Origin: Rotaria sordida
Lineage: Eukaryota
Reading direction: 5' to 3'
NCBI GenBank assembly: GCA_905250005.1
Contig: CAJNOH010000668.1
Coordinates: 1 to 64,000, forward strand
DNA: 64,000 nt
Shown here: piece after piece, positions 50,160 to 59,616 of the stretch
Numbering within the stretch: position 1 is the stretch's first letter
Layout: each line of letters opens with the position of its first letter
The notes under the pieces: generated by a model
Database searches by the model: none
Told to the model about the DNA's origin: nothing
Seen by the model: the letters and a program-made list of their open reading frames with translations, nothing else
Translations under genes and position numbers: made by a program

Positions 50160-50300
50160 GTAGAATAACTGTTTCTGTTGTTATAATCGATTATGACTAA
50201 TTATAACCGGTTTTTAATCGATGACAAATTGGTTCCTAATCGATTCGTCGTCGATTAAAGAGATATGGTTATAATCGATTTTTAATCAAATTGTAACCAA
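50160..50300. promoter_or_regulatory. Cluster of at least 6 (T)AATCGAT(T) motifs, which contain the ATCGAT palindrome, in ~140 bp. Possible protein-binding site array or TE subterminal repeat.
   Basis: taatcgagtaa, ttataatcgatta, tttaatcgatgac, cctaatcgattcg, cgtcgattaaag, ttataatcgattttt read directly in the sequence. Confidence 0.3.
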
Positions 50301-50858
50301 TTTTAATCTGATTTTTGCCGTATTTTTTTTATATGGGATAGATACTGCTGTCTTAGTGTTATTCATTTAGATTTCCGTTGGATACCATTGAATGCGTCTC
50401 CGTCTCGTTCGATGAATTTATATGAAAACATATCACAGGCACACGTATGTCAATGTCACTGTTCACAACGACATTGATACGAATGTCAACATTCGCATTC
50501 ATATGCACCCTTTTCAAACTTTCGATACTAGCGATGTTTAGGACTGCGAAGCAGTATCCGATACTGAAACAGCTGATTATTCAGCCGAGGGTCAAGCGAG
50601 TCACGTAGACGAGCGTTACTTGTAGCTAATAGACAAATGAAAATTTTCAGGAAACTCGATTTTTGCTGAAGAATTAGGTAGAAGTGAAGCTGAGTAAACT
50701 AGTAAAATTTTTACTCAGCTAGTGTGGATATTGGTGTCACTGGTAATTGTTGAAGAAGGCGTCACAGACATTAGTTGCAGAATCAGATTTCCAACATTGT
50801 CTATTCAATTAATTCGATCATGTAGACAAACGAAGGAATCTTGAAGTGTGATTGAGGC

Positions 50859-50908
50859 ACACTACACCTCCACATCCTAAGCTGCCCACACTCGTACCCA
50901 CACTCGCA
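50859..50908. repeat. Degenerate C-strand telomeric block (cacactacacctccacatcc...cccacactcgtacccacactcgcatcc) ~230 bp upstream of the ART-TPR gene.
   Basis: Read directly in the sequence. Confidence 0.6.
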
Positions 50909-51136
50909 TCCTTCTTGTCAATAATCGACTTATCATCAGCTCGCACAAGACGATCGCATATAGCACACGTCAGTAGTCACCTTATTCAGCATGAAAATTT
51001 GTTCAAGATAGTAACGAAATGCTTGCCTCAGTAAAATATTTCGTTATGTCTTTTCATGAAGAATTTTTAGCTAAAGTATAAGCGGATCTGTTTCGTACCT
51101 TATGCAATACCGTTCTATGAATCATTTAGAAGAATT

Positions 51137-53422
51137 ATGTCGAAGATATTGTCATTATCGACTGAAAATATTTCAATCCCGTCACAACATCTACCTCTAT
51201 CTGCAATTAATGGGGACAACAAAGAAAATACAACTCTTATTTGGTTTGATCCAAACATTGGTTCATGCGAAGATATCAAGATTACGATGAACCGACTTCG
51301 AAAAATAAGTGATTATACTGTGTTTCATACCGAACTTGAATTCTGTGTCACTTTGATCAAATCAATTCAAAATGGAAAAGTATTCTTGATTACATCTGGA
51401 AAACGTGCCTCAGAACTCTTGCCACACATTGTAAATCTTCGTCAAATCGATTCAATCTTCATTTATTGCACAAAGTCAAGTGAATATGAGCATTTGATGA
51501 AGACCTATTCGAAAATAGTTGGTATCTATGTGGATATCGAGTCACTGTGTGCATCCATTAGAGAACAAGTTGATCTAGTTGACAAGCAACTGGAAACATT
51601 TAGTTTCTTTGATCAACATCAGAAGTCGACCAAAGATCTATCGAAAGAATCAGCCGAATTTCTGTGGTTTCAGCTGTTCAGTCATGTAATCTTAAGTCTT
51701 CCACACGATCAACAAGCTAAGTGCCAAATGCTCAATTTCTGTCGTCAGTATTATCGTGGAAATAATAAGCAACAGAAACTGATTGATGACTTTGAACAAA
51801 ATTATCAGCCTGAGTTAGCTATTCAGTGGTATTCAAAACAATCTTTCATCTACAAACTAGTTAACAAAGCTTTACGAAGTGAAGATATCGATCAACTTCA
51901 CACATTTCGATTTTTTATTGGAGATCTCTCCCACAGTCTTAAACGTGAGCATCAAAAGATTGCTCGATCTGGAGAAAAAAACTTGACTCTTTATCGAGGA
52001 TTGAGGCTATCAAATGAAGAACTCAACAAACTCAAAGAAAATCAAGGAAAACTCATCTCGACTAATGGATTTTTATCAACTAGTCGACGTCGATCACTAG
52101 CGGTTGCCTTTGCAACCAAACACACGACACGCACTGATGCTTTACCCATTCTCTTTCAAATCGAGTACAATGTGAACAAACTAGATGATTCTGTTATCTG
52201 TGCAGATATTGCTGAATTCAGTGATTATCCAAAAGAAGAAGAAGTTCTCTTTGATTTTAATGCTGTATTTCAAATCGAAAATATTCAGCGTGATGCACAA
52301 CTATGGATCATTAAAATGAGTGCATCAAGAGATGGACAAACCATTACACACGACTACATCGATTTAATGCGTCGTGAAACCGACGAAAAAACAGTGCCCA
52401 TCATGTTTGGAAGATTAATGTGTCAAATGGGTCAGTACGACAAATCTTTCAAATATTTTGAACAGCTCTTACTTCACCCAAATGGCGAAGATCTAGCATC
52501 AATCGAATTCAATATGGGTCGAACGCTTCATGACAAAGGTGAACGGAAATCAGCTCTGAAATACTATGACAGTGCTTACAACCGAATGATGAATGTCGAT
52601 CCACCTCGAATCAAAGACTCAGCATCTGTGCTCAACAATATTGGAATTGTTCTTCAGCAGCGTGAAAAATATGAAGAAGCATTGGATTTCCATCAAAGAG
52701 CACTCAAAATACGAAAGAAATATTTTCCCGTCGAACATCCTGACATTGCTCTCAGTTTAAAAAATATTGGTCCTGTGCTCAAGGAACAAGGAAAATACAA
52801 CGAAGCTCTCGACTACTATCAGCAAGCACTTAAAATACAAGAACAATATTATCCGCGCAGTCATCCAATCATTGCTTCTAGTCTCATTATCATTGGTAAT
52901 GTTTGTCGTAGTCAAGAAAAATTCGATGAAGCCCTTGAGTTATATCAACGAGCCTTGAAAATGCTACAAGAATGTTATCCAACAGACCATCCCGACATTG
53001 CATGGAGTCTCAGCAGCATTGGTTCAATCTTTCAAAATCGACAGGAGTACCAGAAAGCCCTCGATATGTATCAACAAGCTCTCACCATGAAAGAGAAATA
53101 TTATCCTACAGATCATGTCTCTATTGCATGGAGTTGCAACGATATTGGATCTATCTTACAAGCTCAAGGAAAATACGATGAAGCCCTCAACTATCATCAA
53201 AGAGCACTCCAAATATTAGAAAAGCACTATCCTGCAACTCATGTCAATATCGCTATTAGTCTAAGAAATATTGGAGAGAGTTACGAAAATCTAAATAATT
53301 CAAAGTTGGCGCTCAATTTTTACAAAAAAGCATTGGTTATTTATAAGAAAAGTCTGCCTGTGGATGATCCTGTGCGAAAGAAAACTGAAGAAACTATTGG
53401 TCGACTCTCTTCCTTGGAATGA
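51137..53422 (+). CDS. ADP-ribosyltransferase (R-S-E clade, arginine-ART-like) fused to ~8 kinesin-light-chain-type TPR repeats, preceded by an uncharacterised ~170-aa N-terminal domain. Single exon, 761 aa.
   Basis: ART triad with proper spacing: TLYRGLRLS (R), GFLSTSRRRS (S-T-S), DYPKEEEVLFDF (E-x-E). TPR_10/12-like 42-aa repeats: EALDFHQRALKIRKKYFPVEHPDIALSLKNIGPVLKEQGKYNEALDYYQQALKIQEQYYPRSHPIIASSLIIIGNV... repeated through ...ALNFYKKALVIYKKSLPVDDPV. Confidence 0.8.
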   Translation: MSKILSLSTENISIPSQHLPLSAINGDNKENTTLIWFDPNIGSCEDIKITMNRLRKISDYTVFHTELEFCVTLIKSIQNGKVFLITSGKRASELLPHIVNLRQIDSIFIYCTKSSEYEHLMKTYSKIVGIYVDIESLCASIREQVDLVDKQLETFSFFDQHQKSTKDLSKESAEFLWFQLFSHVILSLPHDQQAKCQMLNFCRQYYRGNNKQQKLIDDFEQNYQPELAIQWYSKQSFIYKLVNKALRSEDIDQLHTFRFFIGDLSHSLKREHQKIARSGEKNLTLYRGLRLSNEELNKLKENQGKLISTNGFLSTSRRRSLAVAFATKHTTRTDALPILFQIEYNVNKLDDSVICADIAEFSDYPKEEEVLFDFNAVFQIENIQRDAQLWIIKMSASRDGQTITHDYIDLMRRETDEKTVPIMFGRLMCQMGQYDKSFKYFEQLLLHPNGEDLASIEFNMGRTLHDKGERKSALKYYDSAYNRMMNVDPPRIKDSASVLNNIGIVLQQREKYEEALDFHQRALKIRKKYFPVEHPDIALSLKNIGPVLKEQGKYNEALDYYQQALKIQEQYYPRSHPIIASSLIIIGNVCRSQEKFDEALELYQRALKMLQECYPTDHPDIAWSLSSIGSIFQNRQEYQKALDMYQQALTMKEKYYPTDHVSIAWSCNDIGSILQAQGKYDEALNYHQRALQILEKHYPATHVNIAISLRNIGESYENLNNSKLALNFYKKALVIYKKSLPVDDPVRKKTEETIGRLSSLE

Positions 53423-53539
53423 TAAGCTTTTATGCATCGATACGGAAAGAAACACGATGAACTAAAATCAGATTGGTTATATTCATTCACGATTTTGTTT
53501 TGTTGAAATAAATCATAGCAACAGCAATTTCCTACACTC

Positions 53540-53630
53540 GGGGTGTGAGTGTGAGGATAGTTCTTCTATTCATCCACACTCGCGCTCGCTTCAACCCGCA
53601 CTCGAAAAACCTACACCCACACACCCACAC
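53540..53630. repeat. Inverted telomeric-repeat pair 3' of the ART-TPR gene: gggtgtgagtgtgagg ... catccacactcgcgctcgcttcaacccgcactcg...cctacacccacacacccacac.
   Basis: Read directly in the sequence. Confidence 0.8.
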
Positions 53631-55274
53631 TTTTTTCGAGACATTGAATAACTTGGCTGATCGCTGCCTAGAGTAATGTAGTAAACTTAACAGATTTACA
53701 ATCAAAATACCAAAGTAACGATGAAATACTAAAAATTTAGTATTGTGGTAATTTGTCTCGTCCTCTGCCTTTCTAACAAAACAAAACTTAGCAGCATAAT
53801 TAAATTTTGCGACAAAAAGTGAGGCCGTACAAACTCCGTATGATCATTCAGTCGCCACAGCAGGGAAAGGCTACGAATAAACAGCATGATATGGATTTGT
53901 CGTTACCGACTTTGAAGAGAAAAATGCCCAAGGAGACCAACCCCTTGCATTGGCTACAAGTTGATGAAATATCTTCGTAAGTACGGCCCCACTGTCGTTT
54001 CTTTAGAAGTTATATTTATACAAAAAAAAATTGAAGTGGTGCAATAACCTTAGAAAGTGATTCATCATCAGCCAGCCTCTTGTTAACTGTGCTATTTAAC
54101 ATGGTTTAACTCACTCAAATGAGCTATTCGCAATCAAAGTTTTAGAACAAAAATTAGCTGCTAGTATTCTTCTTGTTCTATGTAATATTTTACTCAAGAT
54201 TGTTCTTGTAAACAAAGTCTTTTTCTTGTTATCAAGCACAATTTTCAAACAGCAGTGGATGTTTTCGTCGTTCAATAACATCGCCATTGTTCAGACACTA
54301 GTCTGTATTGTGTAGTTATTTAGGCCTTTTAAGCTTCTGGAGTTATTTTTTCTTTCATTCAGGCTACTTTCACTTCAGGCATCCTGTATTCACTCTACTA
54401 ACAAGGGAATCTGTTTCAGACAAAATTTTTGTGTGTGAAGTCAATATTTCCCTGTTACGTTGGAAGAAGGACTTAGTCTAAACTTGCGATTGTTTAGATT
54501 CGAGCTACGAGACGTGTTTCTTAATTCTCATTTTCAGATTCTGTCTATACATAGCAGTGTTTCGCAATTTTTTTTCCTAAAACCATCGACAAAGCCATAG
54601 CATCTTTAACAAAATCTGTTGATGCAGCGTCATGTCACCTTAGTATTGATTTCCTGTTGTTTTGTTTTGCATGTTCGAAAAAAATCACCAACTGAGACTC
54701 AACGAGGTGCACCATTCTTCATTTGCTTATCGATTTTTTCTGTGCAAATGGAAAGAGCTTCTCAAGTGTACCCTGTGCAAATATATCAACTTTTCACGAG
54801 AAAGAACAAGAAAAGTATGTGGGTCGATCAAATTTTTGTTGCTCGTTCCCGATGACTGATGCGGCCCAAACAACGCATTTTATTTTGTCAGAAAATGAGG
54901 GGAGCAGGCATAGCGTTTACTTCGACTTTTGAAAATGGTGAAAGAGCTGAGATAAATAACATTGATTCAAAGCCACCACGACTCAAACTCCTATTTCGTC
55001 GAAAAAATTCATACGTCTGCCAGAGACAGAACATAGACATTGAACTTCAACGCACAGACTTTCATGAATCATCCTGCAGATTGATAAAGCTTCTTTTCAA
55101 TCAATTTGTGCATTAGCTACGAAAAACCTCAAGAACTAGCCCATCTAGTTCAATAAACTGCAGATCACGCTGTGAACACAAAGGTGACAATGCGATCGAA
55201 TGCTACTTGCGAAGAGTGGTAATGAGTCTCCGCTTTGCTATCAGCGGCTAGAAGACAAATATTGTTCATGTCAC

Positions 55275-55490
55275 CGTGTGCGTGTGGGTGTCGTGTTGAT
55301 GAGGAGTAGGTGTGAGGTGGATTTGAGGTGTGGGGTGTAGATGTGGGTGCGAGGTATGTGGGCGTGTGGGTGTGGAACCGGTGTCAGCGTAGGTCTTGTT
55401 TGGACCTGCATCCTACACCCGCACCCCACCCGACACCCACACTTACACCCACACCACGCCCACACCCCACACCCACACCCTTCTGTATAA
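55275..55490. repeat. Telomeric-repeat palindrome of ~215 bp. G-strand arm ~105 bp, 32-bp centre, C-strand arm ~78 bp.
   Basis: gtgtgcgtgtgggtgtcgtgttgatgaggagtaggtgtgaggtggatttgaggtgtggggtgtagatgtgggtgcgaggtatgtgggcgtgtgggtgtgg | aaccggtgtcagcgtaggtcttgtttggacctgcat | cctacacccgcaccccacccgacacccacacttacacccacaccacgcccacaccccacacccacaccc. The ORFs 55271-55465 and 55328-55510 are artefacts. Confidence 0.9.
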
Positions 55491-55740
55491 GTTTTGATTC
55501 TGCCATATAATAAGAAATTCTAAACATACCTGATGAGTCCCTACAGCAACAATGAAACATTATATGATGCTTTGAATCTATCTAATACGAGAAATACACC
55601 CGCACCTCAAATTTTATTTTGACGATAGAGATATGTTTATTGATAAATATTCAATAGAAAATATTTACCAAAATTACAGAAAAAAAATTTTTAAACAAAA
55701 CCACCAATCTACTTTATTTTGTGAATGATCGTCGTTGCAT

Positions 55741-56580
55741 TCATCCTCTTTCCTTTTTCACTAGTTTTTTCAAAAACCAATCCCACCGGAGTGTGAGTTC
55801 CTCCATTATTGAATCAAAATCAACTTCATTTCCTTTCCCTTCACGTATTCTCGTGCGAACCAACAACCATTCACCATCTTCGATCTCTGACAGATCATCT
55901 TCATTATGAATTGTTACATTTCCTTTCCCTGCTTTCGCACTTTTGAGTGTTCTTATAATTGCTTTAGTCGTTTTCAATGTTATCATATTGATATAAACAT
56001 TATGCTGTTTTTCTAAAGAAGCGATATAACCATCTCTACCGATAAATCGACTACGTTGCACTTTTTTTGCAGCTTCGTTTAGTGAATTCAACTTTGGCTT
56101 TCTTGCAATTTTATATGGTAAATAAAGAAATCTTCCATTTTTAAGTGCTTCGCGTGAGTTACTCCTTCTGTTTTTTCCTAGCATAGATTCTCGAACATCC
56201 ATAATTTGCTTTTCTTCAAAATCAGATGAATCATTATCAAGTTTTATAGGTTTATCAACAGTTGATGTTGATAATACGCATCTATGTGAAATCCAATTCT
56301 CTTTTATAAATTTTTCTAACCTGTACAATGATAGAAAAAGTTTGAAATCACTTGTTTTATCTCGATCTATTTTATCAGTAAGAATTTTCAATTTCATTAC
56401 TTTATTTTTTCGATCAATAGAAACACTTGTTGGTGTTTCCTGGTCAATAATGTTGCATGTACAACATTGGCGAGGTATATTTCGTAACTTACATACAGGT
56501 ATACAATTTTGTTGTCGAATTTCATTGACAACAGCATGAAATAAGGAACGATACCTTGGATTGTGTACAAGACAAGCCAT
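55741..56580 (-). CDS. Hypothetical basic protein (280 aa from ATG MACLVHNP...) with an N-terminal Cys cluster (CLVHNPRYRSLFHAVVNEIRQQNCIPVCKLRNIPRQCCTC) and a K/R-rich middle. Single exon.
   Basis: Long minus ORF (55741-56616 from an alternative start; first ATG at 56580). A TATATATATA box lies at 56631-56640 (minus-strand upstream). The gene is exactly bracketed by a telomeric-repeat palindrome (55275-55490) and an inverted telomeric pair (56873-56933). I do not recognise a family. Confidence 0.5.
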   Translation of the reverse strand: MACLVHNPRYRSLFHAVVNEIRQQNCIPVCKLRNIPRQCCTCNIIDQETPTSVSIDRKNKVMKLKILTDKIDRDKTSDFKLFLSLYRLEKFIKENWISHRCVLSTSTVDKPIKLDNDSSDFEEKQIMDVRESMLGKNRRSNSREALKNGRFLYLPYKIARKPKLNSLNEAAKKVQRSRFIGRDGYIASLEKQHNVYINMITLKTTKAIIRTLKSAKAGKGNVTIHNEDDLSEIEDGEWLLVRTRIREGKGNEVDFDSIMEELTLRWDWFLKKLVKKERG

Positions 56581-56630
56581 TATGTAAGGGAGAAAACGAA
56601 TGCATGAAAAAAACAAAAAGCACTATTTTA

Positions 56631-56640
56631 TATATATATA
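56631..56640 (-). promoter_or_regulatory. TATA-box-like element ~50 nt upstream of the ATG of the 55741-56580 gene.
   Basis: tatatatata read directly in the sequence. Position relative to the first ATG (56580) is consistent with a core promoter. Confidence 0.3.
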
Positions 56641-56872
56641 GGAAGAAGGATTGTGCAATAACAAAGAATAATTCAACCATCATGTGAGATGCAAAATGAA
56701 AGAACAAACATTAGTCATGATGATTGTTAACAAGATAAGGGAAAATAATCTTTTTCCAAGTTGATCATTATTAGTTGATTTTCTAATTATTCATAATACG
56801 AGAATATTTCAAGTCATCGAAGATAAATAGAAAATGTGTATATGAAAATTGAGAAAACTTGAAAAACGAATG

Positions 56873-56933
56873 ATGGGTGTGGGTGAGTGTTCACTAAGAG
56901 ACAATAACATCCACACCGACACCCACACCCGCA
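56873..56933. repeat. Inverted telomeric-repeat pair: atgggtgtgggtgagtgt ... catccacaccgacacccacacccgcac.
   Basis: Read directly in the sequence. Confidence 0.85.
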
Positions 56934-57408
56934 CTCTCAGTGAAAAAATTAAAAGTCATATTTTATTTTCACAACTGAATCAGTGTCTATTTCGTCATTA
57001 CTCTCATGTGAACATGATATGTCTCATTGTTGCATTTATTCTTTGCTGCAAGTTATCTTTTTTTTTTGTTGCCGTTGTTGACTCATATGCACACTTCTAT
57101 ACCTTTCTTCAATCATTATTTTCGATCAAACATTCGTATTCATAGTATCACAACGGTGCTCCTACCAGCATTATTCTTTCATTCTGCACTGAAAATAAAA
57201 GTACTGTCTCTCGAGAGCTTGTATATATTTTTTTTTTAATCAAAGAGCAAATATAATTTCGGCCTCAGATAACGTTAAGGGAAAGAGAGAACAAAACGCA
57301 TAAAGTGAGTAAGCATTTTCGTGCATACTAATAGCTCGTTTTTCTGTATCACTATTGACATAAACATCGACATCAGGTGCCTAACTTAGACAGTTTTCTT
57401 AATACTTT

Positions 57409-58449
57409 TTGGTTCTTCGTTCAGGTAAATTGACAGATATGATTATGATTATCGGATTTGTTATTTTTCTTTATATCACTTATCGATTGTATCGACACTT
57501 TTTTCCTGAAGCTAATGTTAATCCTCATAGCAAATATGTTCTCATCAGTGGATGTGATAGCGACTTCGGTAATGTCCTAGCTATCGAACTTGACAAACAA
57601 GATTTCAATGTCTTTGCTGGTGTCTAGAGCGCGGATAGTAAAACTTTACTGGCTAATCAACTTTCTTCAAGAGCAATTGTCTTTTTACTTGATATTACTC
57701 GACAACAAGACATCGATTCGGCTTACAAAATGATCAAAGAAAAGACGAATACTCTGCATGCTTTAGTCAACAATGCAGGTATTTCTACTGCTGGTCACAT
57801 TGACTGGATCACCTTAGAATCAATGCGTCAGGTGATGGATATCAATTTTTTCGGACACGTAGCCATGACTAAAACATTTCTACCTCTGCTAATTAGTAAA
57901 CGAGACTCGCGCGTAGTGAACATTTGTTCGGTGGCCGGCTTCACATCTCCACCATCTGGTTCAGCCTATTGTGCTTCTAAATACGCTCTGGAATCGTTCT
58001 CGGATTGTTTTCGTTGTGAAATGCTTGCCTGGAGGTTGCATGTAAGCATTATCGAACCAGGCATCATGCAAACGTCAATTATTCAAAAGCATGCACAAGC
58101 CGTACGTGAGGTAGGAATCCAATTATCGGCTGCTGTTCGAGAATGATGGGGCGAGGAATTTTTGAAGTATCATTTTGAAAGTTTAAAAACCAATATTTTG
58201 GTTCGGTGGGCTGAAGATCCAATTAAAGTAATAAATGCACTTCAACATGCAATAAAAAGCAAGTCACCATGTATTCGTTATCGACCTGGTTCGCAGTCTA
58301 AATTTGTTTACTTTCCTTTATCAATAATACCTGCCTGTTTAATCGATTTTTATTATACAAAAACACGTTCCGTACCCGTTCTGCCGCAGGCGTTACTAAG
58401 CAACTCAAGCCATAAATTCAATTTGAACACAATTATTAGTGAATGTTAG
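57409..58449 (+). pseudogene. SDR9C-type microsomal short-chain dehydrogenase (retinol / 17-beta-hydroxysteroid / 3-hydroxybutyrate dehydrogenase-like) with an N-terminal membrane anchor. The otherwise single, continuous reading frame is interrupted by two in-frame stops (TAG 57625-57627, TGA 58144-58146).
   Basis: IIGFVIFLYITYRLYRHFF (anchor). YVLISGCDSDFGNVLAIELDKQDFNVFAGV*SADSKTLLANQLSSRAIVFLLDITRQQDIDSAYKMIKEKTNTLHALVNNAGIS matches the TGCDSGFG...VxAGCL...LDVT...GLWGLVNNAGI pattern of the SDR9C family. NICSVAGFTSPPSGSAYCASKYALESFSDCFRCEM (S...YxxxK active site). Then ...SAAVRE*WGEEFLKYHFESLKTNILVRWAEDPIKVINALQHAIKSKSPCIRYRPGSQSKFVYFPLSIIPACLIDFY (the family C-terminal region). All three ORF pieces (57409, 57730, 58162) are in the same frame. 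Confidence 0.7.
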
Positions 58450-59616
58450 TTCTTTCAAGATATATTCGTAACTAAATATTGAACTCGATATACTATAACC
58501 AGCTTCGTTTATTATTGATATAGATGTGTTCTCACACAAAACGTGTCCTTTCATTCGCGAACCATAAAATCAAAACTAAAAATCTATTAAATTTAATTTT
58601 AGTTGTTTTTTTTCAATTTAATTTATTCAAATTTAAAATAGTCTTAAGTCTAAAATTTTCGATTTTCAAGTTTCAAAAAAAATTTACTGATATGAATTTT
58701 AAAATAAGTTCAAATTTCAGTTATTTTTTTAAAACTTGTTGAAATTTATAGAGTTCGCTAAAGTCTGAGTTTTATTATTTCAATTTAGTGATCTGCAATT
58801 TGTAGGGTGTGCTAAAATATATAGTAATGCTTTTTTTATCCTTAATTTATATACAAAAATCATAGATACAAAAAATGATATGCTTAACCAGACGACTCAG
58901 AAATATAGATGTTAACGTGCATCTTCTCTTGACGAACACAGTTCGATTTTCCAACACCTCAGTTGGAAAAAATATCAAATTGTTACAACAAGTAACGATA
59001 CAGTCTCTTTAAAAACTCGTTTTATCTTTAACTGAAGTTGTTCTTAGTTTAGCTCAAGATCCTTGCTCGTGCACTATGAGTAGTACTTTATCAATAACAA
59101 AAGAAAAAAAAACAGTTAGTACATTCTAGTTTTGATTTCTATTGAAATTCTTCGAAGCTAATTAGATTCAAAGGAAGATTTTAGTTCAACTAAAATCTAA
59201 CGTTCTCTACAAATTGCAGCATGCTTAGTAAAAAAAAATAAGTTTTTATAAATATCTTTTAAAACAATTCACTTTCAATATTTGTTCGCAGTAATCGGGT
59301 TTTCAAAAGCTGAATATAAATTTTAATCGTCTTACAAAAAAATTAATAAAATTATCAAATTTAAATTAAACGAAATTTTAAAAATTTTAATTTACTTAAT
59401 TATCCATCAGATAATCATCGCGCTTCTTCGCATCAAAAAAAGTAAGTCTAATTAGAGTTTTTCTAAGATTTAGTCCATCCTTCAAACCTTAAATGTTTTC
59501 ATCGGAATCGTTCTAATAGTTGAGACGAATGGTGTAATTTAATTGTTAGGATGAGATCGAAATAGTTTCTTTATAGCATTAATTAGTTCTTTTCTGTATA
59601 TGCTATCCGATAGCAA

